Assembly: GCA_964599375.1 (NCBI GenBank)
Contig: CAZREW010000015.1
Span: 10,028-74,027 of the forward strand
DNA length: 64,000 bases
Source: an uncultured bacterium
GTDB lineage: Bacteria; Krumholzibacteriota; Krumholzibacteriia; Krumholzibacteriales; Krumholzibacteriaceae
Direction of reading: 5' to 3'
The notes beneath the pieces are model-generated. The model ran no database searches, was not told the origin of the DNA, and saw only the letters and a list, made by a program, of their open reading frames with translations. Shown here piece after piece: positions 1-12,052 of this stretch (position 1 is its first letter; the number at the start of each line of letters is the position of its first letter). The position numbers and the translations under genes were made by a program.

Positions 1-87
1 GGGCATATAAATGCGTGATGCGAAATGCCGTCAGTGCACCTGAGTTAAAATATGAATGTCGGGGAGTAAATTCAAGCGATTTCTGGT

Positions 88-123
88 AAAAGGGGTGCCG
101 CGGCCCGTCGGCCGCGGCACCCC
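88..123 (-). terminator. Intrinsic terminator downstream of groEL
   Basis: Perfect 14-bp inverted repeat GGGGTGCCGCGGCC (92-105) / GGCCGCGGCACCCC (110-123) with a 4-nt loop, followed on the minus strand by TTTT; ~25 nt after the groEL stop. Confidence 0.85.
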
Positions 124-146
124 GTAGAAAGCGGGTCGGCGGAGAC

Positions 147-2097
<1,951 letters not shown>

Positions 2098-2149
2098 CTC
2101 GACCTCCTTTTTCCCTGGGTTAAGTTGTTACTTATTGATTTGCTTGCCG

Positions 2150-2176
2150 TTAGCACTCATATTCCACGAGTGCCAG
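2150..2176 (-). promoter_or_regulatory. CIRCE element (HrcA operator)
   Basis: TTAGCACTC-N9-GAGTGCCAG on +, matching consensus TTAGCACTC-N9-GAGTGCTAA with two mismatches in one arm; lies between the promoter and groES. Confidence 0.92.
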
Positions 2177-2189
2177 ATTCAGCAGGGAA

Positions 2190-2218
2190 AATATAATCCG
2201 GGAAGGACTTCATTTCAA
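2190..2218 (-). promoter_or_regulatory. sigma70-type promoter of groESL
   Basis: Minus strand TTGAAA (2218-2213), 17-nt spacer, TATATT (2195-2190), just upstream of CIRCE. Confidence 0.65.
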
Positions 2219-2268
2219 GTAAAATCGAAAAAAAATTCCGGGATTCTTGATAGGATATGGCGCGTTTT

Positions 2269-3003
2269 TTAGAACTGCCTGTAGTAAAGGCAGTTAAGGC
2301 CGTCAAAGACGAGGTCGGGATAGAGCTGTGGGGAGGGAGAGATCGAACCGGCCAGCAACCCGGCGTCTCCTCCTGTCAGGAATACGGGAGGTGTCTCGGC
2401 GAACCTGCCCGCCGAGAGTTCCAGGAGCCTCTGCGTACCCCCGATGAAGGCTCCGAGTACGCCTGCCCTGATCGCCGCCGCCGTGTCGCGCCCGGGAGGG
2501 ACATCGTCCCCGGCCGGGCCGACCACGATCCGTGGCAGGGCCGAGGTCCTCTCGCTCAGTGACCCGAGCATCATGCCGAGGCCGGGCATTATCGCGCCTC
2601 CGGCGAACCTGCCGCCGGTCAGGAGGTCTACCGTGACGGCCGTGCCTGCGTCTATTATCACGGCATCAGTCAGGCCGAGGCAGGCGACGGCCGCGGCCGC
2701 GCAGAGCCGGTCGGGGCCTATCGTCCCGGGGCTGTCGATATCGAGAGCGAAAGGCCATGGGGAATCGTGGGAGGCGAAGATGACGTTCGCTACGCCCGCG
2801 CTCCTGAGCGCGGACCCGCAGAGCTCGTTCCAGGCACGCACTACGCTCGAGACCGCCGCTCCTTCCGGCCGGGCCTCGAGAATCCACTCCCCGATCTCCG
2901 CCTCCCCATTGCCCGCCTTCCAGCGGGTCACGATCGTGCCGTCATCGATCAGCGCTCCCTTGACCGAGCTGTTGCCCCTGTCTATCGCGAGCACCCTGCT
3001 CAT
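2269..3003 (-). CDS. coaX: Type III pantothenate kinase
   Basis: IDRGNSSVK, GPDR, IDAGTAVTVD, GGAIMPG, VFLTGGDA motifs. Start reassigned to the ATG at 3003, which overlaps the birA stop (ATGA). Confidence 0.9.
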   Translation of the reverse strand: MSRVLAIDRGNSSVKGALIDDGTIVTRWKAGNGEAEIGEWILEARPEGAAVSSVVRAWNELCGSALRSAGVANVIFASHDSPWPFALDIDSPGTIGPDRLCAAAAVACLGLTDAVIIDAGTAVTVDLLTGGRFAGGAIMPGLGMMLGSLSERTSALPRIVVGPAGDDVPPGRDTAAAIRAGVLGAFIGGTQRLLELSAGRFAETPPVFLTGGDAGLLAGSISPSPQLYPDLVFDGLNCLYYRQF

Positions 3004-3797
3004 CTCTCCGCTCCCTTCCTCAGCGAGACGTCGCCCGATGAGTATACCCTCTCCCCCTCCGGTGTTTCCAGCCTGAGATACCCGTTGGCGGTGATTCCGG
3101 AAAGGACTCCCGGGACTGTCTCCGCTCCGGCGTCGAGAAGGACCGGCGAGCCTTTCCAGAGCAGGCGCCTCTCCATCTCGAAGCTCATCGGCCCGAACCC
3201 GTCCCTCTCCCATATCTCGTACTCATCCGAGAAGATCCCGAGAAGGGAGGCGAGAAGCTCTCCCCTGTCGAGCTTCCTCCCCGTGACGATCCTAAGGGAA
3301 ACGGCCGTCTCTTCAAGGTCCGGGGGAAAGGAGCCCGCCTCGTCGTTCACGTCTATTCCCATGCCGAGCACGACGCTCTCGCCCCTCGACTCGGCGAGTA
3401 TGCCGGCGACCTTCCTTTCGCCTATCCAGATGTCGTTCGGCCACTTGATCATCGCGCCGGCGCAGAGGCCGTCGAGCGCCCTGAGGGCCGAGAGAGCGAG
3501 CAGGGCGGTCAGCGTCTCGCCGCTTCGCGCAGGCCTGAGGACCAGCGAGAAGAGAAGGGAGCCGCCGGCGCTCGAGTACCACTCGCGGCCTTTCCTGCCC
3601 CGGCCCGCTGTCTGCCTGGCCGCCACGACTACCATGCCCTCCGGAGCTCCTGCAGAGGCCATCAGCGCCGCGGCCTCGTTGGTCGATCCGACCGATTCGA
3701 GGCAGACCACCGTATGGCCGGCCCTCGCGCCGCCGCAGAGGCGCGCGATGGAGGCTGGATGGAGGTCCCTGACGCCTTTCATTCGCGGTCCTTCCAT
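3000..3797 (-). CDS. birA: Biotin--protein ligase (no N-terminal HTH)
   Basis: [28 protein letters not shown] motifs. No winged-helix extension, so probably not a repressor. Confidence 0.93.
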   Translation of the reverse strand: MEGPRMKGVRDLHPASIARLCGGARAGHTVVCLESVGSTNEAAALMASAGAPEGMVVVAARQTAGRGRKGREWYSSAGGSLLFSLVLRPARSGETLTALLALSALRALDGLCAGAMIKWPNDIWIGERKVAGILAESRGESVVLGMGIDVNDEAGSFPPDLEETAVSLRIVTGRKLDRGELLASLLGIFSDEYEIWERDGFGPMSFEMERRLLWKGSPVLLDAGAETVPGVLSGITANGYLRLETPEGERVYSSGDVSLRKGAER

Positions 3798-3803
3798 GTC
3801 ACG

Positions 3804-4640
3804 TCATTCCACCAGGAGCGAAAGGTCGAGCGAGGGGGCCGACGCGGTCAGCGCGCCGACCGATATGAAGTCCACTCCATCTATCGCGTAGCTGCCGATG
3901 TTCTCGAGCGTGATCCCTCCCGAGACCTCTATCTCTGGGACCCGCTTCCATGAGCGGATCATCTCAACCGCCTCGCCGATAAGCGCCGGCGTGAAATTGT
4001 CCAGCATGACCCTGCCGGGCGGCGTCTCCGAGAGAGCCTGGAGCTCTCCAAGCTCGCATACTTCTATCTCACAACCGGAGAGAAACTCGCCGAGCCTCTC
4101 GAGCGCGGCGCCGACCCCGCCCGCCGAGGCGATGTGGTTCTCCTTGACGAGTATGTACGAGGCGAGGTCTTGCCTGTGGTTCGTACCGCCCCCGTCGGCT
4201 ACGGCCTTCTTCTCGACGGCGCGCAGCCCCGGCGTCGTCTTCCTCGTATCGAGGATTCGGACTCCAGTGCCCTGGACCTTCGCGACGAAGGCTGCCGTCA
4301 GCGTGGCCACGCCGGAGAGATGGCAGAGGAAGTTCAGCGCAGTGCGCTCGCCCGAGAGGATCCGGCCGAGCGGCCCCTCGAGGCGGGCGATGAGCGCGCC
4401 TGGAACGACGGCGGCGCCGTCAGGTTCGACCGCCTCGTACTCCACATCCCCGCCGAGCTGCCGGAACACCTCGGCCGCGCATTCCTGGCCGGATATCACG
4501 CCTGATGCCCGCGATATGATGCCCGCCCTTCCCTCGAGGGCGCCGGGGACGAGAAGCCTCGTCGTCACGTCCGCCGAAGACTCGTCCTCGGCCAGGGCGG
4601 CGGCGACGCAGCGCTCTATCTCTCCGCTGAGCCTGTCCAC
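3804..4640 (-). CDS. nadC: Nicotinate-nucleotide pyrophosphorylase (quinolinate phosphoribosyltransferase)
   Basis: ERTALNFL, LDTRKTTPGLR, NHR, LVKENH, MLDNF, EVSGGITL, ISVGALT motifs. Confidence 0.97.
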   Translation of the reverse strand: MDRLSGEIERCVAAALAEDESSADVTTRLLVPGALEGRAGIISRASGVISGQECAAEVFRQLGGDVEYEAVEPDGAAVVPGALIARLEGPLGRILSGERTALNFLCHLSGVATLTAAFVAKVQGTGVRILDTRKTTPGLRAVEKKAVADGGGTNHRQDLASYILVKENHIASAGGVGAALERLGEFLSGCEIEVCELGELQALSETPPGRVMLDNFTPALIGEAVEMIRSWKRVPEIEVSGGITLENIGSYAIDGVDFISVGALTASAPSLDLSLLVE

Positions 4641-4641
4641 T

Positions 4642-6642
4642 TTATCGCCTCCTGCTCGTGTACATCCTTATCTCCTCTATCCTGTCCCTGATGCTGGCCG
4701 CCTTCTCGAAGTTGAGGGCGTCGGCCTCGCGCAGCATCTCCTTCTCGAGCCCGGCGATCAGCCTCGGGTCGTCGACTCCGTCGGGTATGATCACCTCGTC
4801 TGCGGTCTCCCTTACCATCTCGGCCTTTCCCTTCGCGTCCGCGACCGACGTGGTCAGCCTGACCTCCTCGATCGACTTGACGATCGAACGCGGTGTTATG
4901 CCGTGCTCGATATTGTATTCGATCTGCTTCTCCCTGCGCCGGTTGGTCTCGTTTATGGCCCTCTCCATCGACCCCGTGACCCGGTCGGCGTAGAAGATGA
5001 CCTTGCCGTTTATGTTCCTCGCGGCCCTTCCCGCCGTCTGTATCAGGGATGTCCGCGACCTCAGGAAGCCCTCCTTGTCCGCGTCCAGGACGGCGACAAG
5101 CGTGACCTCGGGAAGGTCGAGGCCCTCCCTGAGAAGGTTTATCCCGACGAGGACGTCGAACTCGCCAAAGCGAAGGTCACGCAGTATCTCCACACGGTCG
5201 AGGGCGTCGATGTCGCTGTGCAGATACCTCACCTTGACGTCGAGCCCCGAGAGATAGGCCGTCAGGTCCTCCGACATCCTCTTTGTCAGCGTCGTCACGA
5301 GGACTCTCTCTTTCCTCTCCACAGTCGCCCTTATCTCCGCGAGAAGGTCGTCGACCTGCCCCGCGACAGGCCTTATCTCGATGGCAGGGTCTATAAGGCC
5401 GGTCGGGCGGACTATCTGCTCGACCACCTCCCCGCCGCACCTCCCGAGCTCGAAATCCCCGGGGGTGGCCGAGACGTATATGAAGGTGTCAATGATCGAC
5501 TCGAACTCGTCGTACGTCAGCGGCCTGTTGTCGAGCGCAGAGGGGAGCCTGAAGCCGTGCTCGACGAGCGTCAGCTTGCGGCTGCGGTCGCCGTTGTACA
5601 TCGCCCCGATCTGCGGCACGGTCACGTGCGACTCGTCTATGACGACTATGAAATCGCCGAGAAAATAGTCGATGAGCGTTGCCGGCCTCTCTCCGGGCTT
5701 CCTGCCGGCGAAGTATCTCGAGTAGTTCTCTATCCCCGTACAGTAACCTACCTCGCGCATCATCTCGAGGTCATATGTCGTCCTGGTCAGAAGCCTTCTG
5801 GCCTCGAGGTCGAGGCCGGCCCCCTCGAGCTCGGCTATCCTGGCCGCGAGGTCCTTCTCGATCTCGCCGATCGCGCTGTCGATCCCCTCCTGCGAGACGA
5901 CGAAATGGGACGATGGAAAGACGGTCAGCGAGGGGACCTCCCTGAGGATCTCGCCGGTGAGCGGGTGCACGACGGTTATCCTCTCGATCCCGTCGTCGAA
6001 CATCTCTATCCTTATCGCCTCCTCCATGTAGGCTGGACGCAGCTCGATTGTATCCCCCCTGACCCTGAAGGTGCCCCTGGCGAAATCGATGTCGTTGCGC
6101 GAATACCTGAGCCTTACGAGCTTTCGGAGAAGGCGGTCCCGGCCGTACTCCCCGCCCGCCTCGACGCTGAAGGTCATCCGCCGGAACTCCTCCGGCGAAC
6201 CGAGGCCGTATATACAGGATACGCTCGCGACGACGACAACGTCGCGCCTCGTCATGAGCGAGCCCGTCGCGCGCAGCCTCATCCTGTCGATGTCCTCGTT
6301 TATCGAGACGTCTTTCTCTATATAAGTGTCGGTCGACGGGATGAACGCCTCGGGCTGATAATAGTCGTAGTAACTTATGAAGTACTCGACGGCGTTATGC
6401 GGAAAGAACGACCTGAGTTCCCCGTAGAGTTGGGCGGCAAGCGTCTTGTTGTGGGAGATGATAAGCGCCGGGCGGTCGCACTCCGCGATTACGTTGGCTA
6501 TCGTGAAGGTCTTGCCCGAACCGGTCACTCCGAGAAGTGTCTGGTGCTTCGTTCCGCCCTTTACGCCCTCGACCAGCCTGCTGGCGGCCTGGGGCTGATC
6601 GCCGGTGAGATCGAACTCCGATTCGAGCTGGAAAAGAGACAT
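4642..6642 (-). CDS. uvrB: Excinuclease ABC subunit B
   Basis: [49 protein letters not shown] motifs; C-terminal UVR coiled coil. Confidence 0.99.
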   Translation of the reverse strand: MSLFQLESEFDLTGDQPQAASRLVEGVKGGTKHQTLLGVTGSGKTFTIANVIAECDRPALIISHNKTLAAQLYGELRSFFPHNAVEYFISYYDYYQPEAFIPSTDTYIEKDVSINEDIDRMRLRATGSLMTRRDVVVVASVSCIYGLGSPEEFRRMTFSVEAGGEYGRDRLLRKLVRLRYSRNDIDFARGTFRVRGDTIELRPAYMEEAIRIEMFDDGIERITVVHPLTGEILREVPSLTVFPSSHFVVSQEGIDSAIGEIEKDLAARIAELEGAGLDLEARRLLTRTTYDLEMMREVGYCTGIENYSRYFAGRKPGERPATLIDYFLGDFIVVIDESHVTVPQIGAMYNGDRSRKLTLVEHGFRLPSALDNRPLTYDEFESIIDTFIYVSATPGDFELGRCGGEVVEQIVRPTGLIDPAIEIRPVAGQVDDLLAEIRATVERKERVLVTTLTKRMSEDLTAYLSGLDVKVRYLHSDIDALDRVEILRDLRFGEFDVLVGINLLREGLDLPEVTLVAVLDADKEGFLRSRTSLIQTAGRAARNINGKVIFYADRVTGSMERAINETNRRREKQIEYNIEHGITPRSIVKSIEEVRLTTSVADAKGKAEMVRETADEVIIPDGVDDPRLIAGLEKEMLREADALNFEKAASIRDRIEEIRMYTSRRR

Positions 6643-6654
6643 CGCATGGCCCGG

Positions 6655-7611
6655 TCACCTGCCGCGTGATATCCTTATATCGCGTGGCAGCCTGCCCTCG
6701 ACGATCGGCACCTCGTACGGCCTCCCGTCGAGTTCTATGGTGAAGCCCTCGGTATTCCCGATCTTCTTTATGAAAAAGTACTCGTTCGAGGTGAAGGTCC
6801 TCGACTCGCCCGGCTCCAGTATGAAGTCCGTTTCCAGCGTATCGATCCCCGAGGCGGTCCGGTTGTAGACCGCCAGGTCGAACCAGGTCCTCTCCTCGGC
6901 GAGGATGCGAAGGCTCATTATCCCCGGCTCGGGACGTTCGGCCGGCGGCTCGGGTTTGACGGCGGCGGGGGCCGCCTGCCCGCTCCCGGGCTTATCCGCC
7001 TCGCCGACTTCCGTCTCGGGCTGCCCGGCGTCCATGTCGGTCCCTGGCGCTGTTTCACCCTGTTCGCCCGTCTTCGCGGCGCTTTCTCCGGCTGCCTGCC
7101 GCCCGGTCCCGGGCCGCGTCCCGGAGTCGCCCCTGTCCCCGTCATCTCCTCCGAATATCTTCCAGAGGATGATGATCACAACGACAAGTGTGATTGCGGG
7201 GATGACGAACTTTCTGAGCAGGTGCGGGGAGTCGAGTTTCTCCTCTACGACCTCTTCCTCTATCTCCCACAGGTCGCCCCTGCTCTTGTGGGTCTGCCCC
7301 GTCTGCACCTCGTACTTGTTTATGATCTGTGTCGGATCGAGGCCGAGGACCCTGGCGTAAGTCCTCAGGAAACCTGTGGCGTAGACTTTCGCCGGGATCG
7401 CCTCGAAGTTGTCGGTCTCAAGGTGCCGGAGCGTCGCGACGGGGACTTTGGTCTCCTGGCTGATCGCCTCTAGGGTCAGCCCCTTCTTCTCGCGGGCGGC
7501 CAGCAGCATCTCACCGACCGTCTCCTCGGCCCCGAGTTCCGCCTGCCCGGGCTCCGGGACAACTCCGGGCTCCTCCAGCTGCTCGCCGTTTTTCTCATTG
7601 TCTTCCGTCAA
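6655..7611 (-). CDS. rodZ: RodZ-like protein (HTH, single TM, periplasmic DUF4115-like domain)
   Basis: N-terminal XRE HTH (GEMLLAAREKKGLTLE...YATGFLRTYARVLGLD), one TM segment, low-complexity linker, C-terminal beta domain (KIGNTEGFTIELDG). Confidence 0.8.
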   Translation of the reverse strand: MTEDNEKNGEQLEEPGVVPEPGQAELGAEETVGEMLLAAREKKGLTLEAISQETKVPVATLRHLETDNFEAIPAKVYATGFLRTYARVLGLDPTQIINKYEVQTGQTHKSRGDLWEIEEEVVEEKLDSPHLLRKFVIPAITLVVVIIILWKIFGGDDGDRGDSGTRPGTGRQAAGESAAKTGEQGETAPGTDMDAGQPETEVGEADKPGSGQAAPAAVKPEPPAERPEPGIMSLRILAEERTWFDLAVYNRTASGIDTLETDFILEPGESRTFTSNEYFFIKKIGNTEGFTIELDGRPYEVPIVEGRLPRDIRISRGR

Positions 7612-10304
7612 GCGAGATCCTCCAGAATCCGTTCCAGCCTCCTCCTGCGGTCTTCCATCTCCCCGAACCTCTCCCTTTCCCTCGCCACGACATCCGCCGG
7701 AGCCCGCCGGGTGAATTTTTCATCCTCGAGCCGCTTCCCTATCTTAGCGCATTCCACCCCGAGTTTCTCTATCTCCTTGGTGAAACGCTCCCTTTCGGCG
7801 CCGAGATCGACGATCCCTCCGAGGGGCACGTAGATCTCCAGGCGGGTCAGGCCGGCCGCGGCGCTTCCCGCCGGTTTCTCCGCCCCGTCCTCCACGACGA
7901 GGTCTCCGATCCCGGCCATCCCCATGATCTGGCTCTCGAACCTTCCGATACCGGCGCAGAGGCCAGACCCCTGCTCAGTATTGATCACTACTGACAATTC
8001 CTTCTGGTAAGGGATGTTGAAGCTCTGCCTGATATTCCTTATCGCCGTGACTATCTCCATCATGAGCGATACGTCCGCGTCGAGCTCCGCGTCGCGCATA
8101 CCGGCCGGCTTCCCCCTGAAGTGGAAACCTGCCAGGAGCGGGGCCCCGGGCGAGAGCATGCTCCAGATCTCCTCGCTTATGAACGGCATGACCGGATGCA
8201 GCATCACCATCGAGGCTCCGAGGACGGTGCGCGCGGTAAGCGCGGCGCCCCCTGCCCTGTCGCCGCCGCCGCGCAGCGCCGGCTTCGAGAACTCGAGGTA
8301 CCAGTCACAGAACTCGTGCCAGAAGAACTCGTATATCGTCCTGGCGGCATCGTCGAACCTGTACGATCCGATGGCCACAGAGTATTCCTCCATCCTCGCC
8401 GCGAGCCTGCTCGCGATCCAGTGGTCCTCCCAGCCGGTTTCGAAGCTACCCGAAGGCGGAGCGCCGTAGAGTATCTCGAAGAGGCCCGTCATACAGTCCG
8501 GATCGCTCCGCAGGCCGCCTCCCGCGAAGAGGCTCTCTCCCTCCTCCTGCGAGAGGACGAACCTCGCCGCGTTCCAGATCTTGTTGGCGAAATGCTGCCC
8601 CACCTCGACCTTCTTCTCGTCAAAGAGAAGGTCCTGACCGGGGGGGGAGAGCATCATCAGGGAGAAGCGGAACGCGTCCGCCCCGTGCCTGTCGATGATA
8701 TCTATCATATCGGGGGAATTGCCGAGGGACTTGCTCATCTTGCGTCCCTGTGCGTCCCTTACGATCCCCGTGATATAGACGTCGGAGAAAGGGATCTCTT
8801 CCATGAACTCTATCGATGCCATGATCATCCTGGCGACCCAGAAGAATATTATGTCCCCGCCGGTGACGAGCACGTCGGTGGGATGGAACTTCCGCAGCTC
8901 CGCAGTCTGATCCGGCCACCCCATCGGGGAGAAGGTCCAGAGCCAGGAGGAGAACCAGGTGTCGAGGACGTCCTCGTCCTGCCTTAAATCCTTCGATCCG
9001 CAGGCTGCGCACTCCGACGGGTCCTCGCGGGCCACCATCTCGACGCCGCAGGCACCGCAGTACCAGACCGGTATCCTGTGGCCCCACCAGAGCTGTCGCG
9101 ATATGCACCAGTCCCTGATACCCTCCATCCAGCTCAGGTAGATGTTCCTCCACCTCTCGGGGAAGAAGACCGTCTCGCCTTCCTTCACAGAGGCTATCGC
9201 CGGGGCGGCGAGGCTCTCCATCCTGAGGAACCACTGCTTCGAGACGTACGGCTCGATCACATTGCCGCACCGGTCGTGATGCCCGACCGCGTGGCGATAG
9301 TCCTCGGTCTTTCTGAGCAGCCCCTGTTTTTCCAGCTCGCCGAGAACGGCTTTCCTCGCGGCGGATATGTCCATGCCGGTGAAATCACCGGCCTGTTCGT
9401 TCATCATCCCGTCCGAGCCGATCACGACGAACGGGTCGAGGCCGTGCCTCAGCCCGATCTCGAAATCGGTTGCGTCATGGGCGGGCGTGACCTTGAGGAA
9501 ACCGGTCCCGAACTCGGGATCGACCGCCTCGTCGAGTATGACCGGTATCTCGCGCCCCGTGAGCGGCAGGCGCACCATCCTGCCCTCGAGCCCCTTCGCC
9601 CTTTCGTGCAGCGGGCTCATAGCGACCGCCACGTCGCCGAGCATCGTCTCGGGCCTCGTCGTCCCGACGACTACCTCCCCGGTGCCGTCCGCGAAAGGGT
9701 ACGCGATATACCAGAGCTTCGAGTCCTCCTCGCGGAACTCGACTTCCTCGTCGCTGATCGCCGTGCCGCAGCGCGGGCACCAGTTGACTATGTACCGCCC
9801 CCGGTAGATCAGGCCCTTCTCGTGAAGCCGGACGAAGACTTCGCGCACCGCCCTTGAGACTCCCGGGTCGAGCGTGAACACCTCGCGCGACCAGTCGAGC
9901 GAGGCGCCGAGGCGGCCGAGCTGCTCGACTATCCTTCCATGGTAAAGTTCCTTCCATCTCCAGCATTCCTCGAGAAACTTCTCCCTGCCCAGCTCTATCC
10001 GGGACGTCCCGCGCTCGGCGAGAGAGCGTTCGACGACGTTCTGAGTGGCGATCCCGGCATGATCGGTCCCGCTCTGCCAGAGGACCTCGTGTCCGGTCAT
10101 CCTCTTCCACCTGCACAGGATATCCTGGACGGTGGTTCCGAGAGCGTGGCCGACGGTGAGCATGCCGGTGACGTTCGGAGGAGGCAGTATTATGCAATAT
10201 CCTGGGTCGGGGGAAGCCGGGTCGGCCTTGAAGATGCCCGCGCCGGACCACGCCCCGCTCCATCTCTTCTCTATATCACCTGGTTTGTAGACCTTCTCGA
10301 GCAT
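7608..10304 (-). CDS. valS: Valine--tRNA ligase
   Basis: PPPNVTG..GH, WCISRQLWWGHRIP, DVLDTWFSS, KMSKSLGN motifs; C-terminal coiled coil. Start set at MLEKVY (10304). Confidence 0.99.
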   Translation of the reverse strand: MLEKVYKPGDIEKRWSGAWSGAGIFKADPASPDPGYCIILPPPNVTGMLTVGHALGTTVQDILCRWKRMTGHEVLWQSGTDHAGIATQNVVERSLAERGTSRIELGREKFLEECWRWKELYHGRIVEQLGRLGASLDWSREVFTLDPGVSRAVREVFVRLHEKGLIYRGRYIVNWCPRCGTAISDEEVEFREEDSKLWYIAYPFADGTGEVVVGTTRPETMLGDVAVAMSPLHERAKGLEGRMVRLPLTGREIPVILDEAVDPEFGTGFLKVTPAHDATDFEIGLRHGLDPFVVIGSDGMMNEQAGDFTGMDISAARKAVLGELEKQGLLRKTEDYRHAVGHHDRCGNVIEPYVSKQWFLRMESLAAPAIASVKEGETVFFPERWRNIYLSWMEGIRDWCISRQLWWGHRIPVWYCGACGVEMVAREDPSECAACGSKDLRQDEDVLDTWFSSWLWTFSPMGWPDQTAELRKFHPTDVLVTGGDIIFFWVARMIMASIEFMEEIPFSDVYITGIVRDAQGRKMSKSLGNSPDMIDIIDRHGADAFRFSLMMLSPPGQDLLFDEKKVEVGQHFANKIWNAARFVLSQEEGESLFAGGGLRSDPDCMTGLFEILYGAPPSGSFETGWEDHWIASRLAARMEEYSVAIGSYRFDDAARTIYEFFWHEFCDWYLEFSKPALRGGGDRAGGAALTARTVLGASMVMLHPVMPFISEEIWSMLSPGAPLLAGFHFRGKPAGMRDAELDADVSLMMEIVTAIRNIRQSFNIPYQKELSVVINTEQGSGLCAGIGRFESQIMGMAGIGDLVVEDGAEKPAGSAAAGLTRLEIYVPLGGIVDLGAERERFTKEIEKLGVECAKIGKRLEDEKFTRRAPADVVARERERFGEMEDRRRRLERILEDLA

Positions 10305-10378
10305 CCCTTCTCCTCGCCGCTTGGCCTGCTGTCCTCGGGAATATATCAATCTAACACAGCTTACGGCACCGGTCAATA

Positions 10379-11200
10379 TCAGCCCCGGAGGGAGAACCAT
10401 ATAAAGGCCACCGTGCCCGCCGGGATAAGATACCAGGAGAACCGGTAGAACCTTCCCCTCTGGAGTATCCAGACGAGCAGCCTCAGGGCCGCGTATCCGC
10501 TCGCGAACGCCACTATCGCTGAGACGGCCATGACCGCCACCTCGCCCCCCGCCATCCCCGGCCCCTCCGATACCGTCTCCAGCAGGAGGGCGCCCAGGAT
10601 CGCCGGGATGGAGAGCAGGAACGAGAATTCGGCCGCAGCCGAGAAACCGAGGCCGCAGACCATCGCAGCCGTTATCGTAAACCCGCTTCTAGAGCAGCCC
10701 GGGAGGATCGCCACAGCCTGCGCCAGACCGATGACCACGGCCGTCTTCCACCCCATGCCCCAGGCGCCGCTCCTTCCCCTTGCGAGCAGGAGGAAGAGCC
10801 CGGTGGCCACAAGGCAGGCCGAGGCGAGCAGCGGCGACCCGAACGCTTCGGTCACCAGCCCTCGGAGGCCGAGCCCTACGGCCGCGGCCGGTATCGATCC
10901 GAGCGCGAGATATCCGATGTAGGTCATATCGTCCCCGACCGGACCCGCGGCCCTGAACCCGGAGCCGGCCCACGCGAATGTCGACCTGGCCAGGGAGGCG
11001 ATGCGGCTGCGGTAGTAGAGGATGACCGCGCCCAGTGTGCCGGCGTGCACCGCCGTCTCGAAGATGACGTCTTCTCCCGTGTTTCCGACACCGAGAAGGG
11101 CACCGCCGATTACAAGGTGCCCCGATGAGCTGACCGGCAGGAACTCCGTTATCCCCTGCACGATCGCCAGTATGAGCATTGATACCAGTCCGCCATGCAT
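10379..11200 (-). CDS. uppP: Undecaprenyl-diphosphate phosphatase (BacA/UppP)
   Basis: QGITEFLPVSSSGH, AQAVAILPGCSRSG, AAEFSFLLSIPA motifs. True start may be 11179. Confidence 0.95.
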   Translation of the reverse strand: MHGGLVSMLILAIVQGITEFLPVSSSGHLVIGGALLGVGNTGEDVIFETAVHAGTLGAVILYYRSRIASLARSTFAWAGSGFRAAGPVGDDMTYIGYLALGSIPAAAVGLGLRGLVTEAFGSPLLASACLVATGLFLLLARGRSGAWGMGWKTAVVIGLAQAVAILPGCSRSGFTITAAMVCGLGFSAAAEFSFLLSIPAILGALLLETVSEGPGMAGGEVAVMAVSAIVAFASGYAALRLLVWILQRGRFYRFSWYLIPAGTVAFIWFSLRG

Positions 11201-11221
11201 ATGTAATATCCCTTCCCTCTC

Positions 11222-12052
11222 TCACCCTGCCTTGATAGAGCCGAGGTAGAACGCAGCCACTCCGAAAAACATGCCTATCTTGAGAAGAAGGCTCGCCAGT
11301 CCGGGCGACCTCCGCCCGAGGCACAGCGCGCATGATACGACAAGGACCGGGAGGACGGAAAGCAGCATCACGAGCAGATACGCCTTCCCGTATATCCCCA
11401 GGATCCAGGGGACGGGGATCGCCGCCGCGAGCAGAGCGAAGATCACTGCCGCCGCCGAAAGGGCTGCGCCTGGGCCCGAGACCACCGGGACGGTCCTCGC
11501 CCCGAACTGGCGGTCTCCCGCCAGGTCCTCGGTATCCTTCACGAGTTCCCTGCCCAGCACGAAGAAGAAGGTGAACGCGGCAGGGACCGTTCCCGCCGGC
11601 GCGTTCCCCGCCGCGTACGCCCCCAGCAGGAAGGCGCTCGAGACGACAGATGCGACCAGAAGGTTGCCCGCCAGGTATACCCTCTTCGCCTTCCACGAAT
11701 AGAGATGCAGCAGGGCCGCCCATGCGGCGATCCAGACGGCCTGATGCGCCGGCAGGCGCGCCGCGCAGGCGGCCAGCGCCATCAGAAGCGCGATGTAGAG
11801 CACCATGGCCGCGCGGGGCCTGACGCCGCCCGACGGTATCGGCCGCCGCGGCTTGTTGACCGCGTCTATGTCGCGGTCGAACCAGTCGTTTATCACGTTG
11901 CCCGCGGCGGTAGCGAGCGTCGTCGCGAGCAGCAGGCGCAGGGGCAGGCGGCCACCTCCGCCGGCCATCGAAAAGCCGGCCGCGACGGACAGTACCGCGG
12001 CCGCTATGTTGTGAGGCCTGATAATGAGGAATGTCTTCAGAAGGGTCAGCAT
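11222..12052 (-). CDS. UbiA-family prenyltransferase, DGGGP-synthase-like
   Basis: GNVINDWFDRDIDAVNKPRRPIPSG, LYSWKAKRVYLAGNLLVA and RELVKDTEDLAGDRQFGARTVPV motifs; multiple TM helices. Confidence 0.85.
   Translation of the reverse strand: MLTLLKTFLIIRPHNIAAAVLSVAAGFSMAGGGGRLPLRLLLATTLATAAGNVINDWFDRDIDAVNKPRRPIPSGGVRPRAAMVLYIALLMALAACAARLPAHQAVWIAAWAALLHLYSWKAKRVYLAGNLLVASVVSSAFLLGAYAAGNAPAGTVPAAFTFFFVLGRELVKDTEDLAGDRQFGARTVPVVSGPGAALSAAAVIFALLAAAIPVPWILGIYGKAYLLVMLLSVLPVLVVSCALCLGRRSPGLASLLLKIGMFFGVAAFYLGSIKAG

Noticed and set aside
1-87. AT-richer sequence at the left edge, a possible integration site downstream of groEL
   Set aside because: No repeat, tRNA or integrase is visible, and it is too short to judge.
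3898-6669. 923-aa plus-strand ORF, and similar long antisense ORFs (e.g. 37626-39350, 52243-53685, 53160-54449, 33346-34518)
   Set aside because: They mirror well-supported minus-strand genes, are Arg/Pro/Ser-rich and contain no motifs. Such stop-poor shadow frames are expected in GC-rich DNA.
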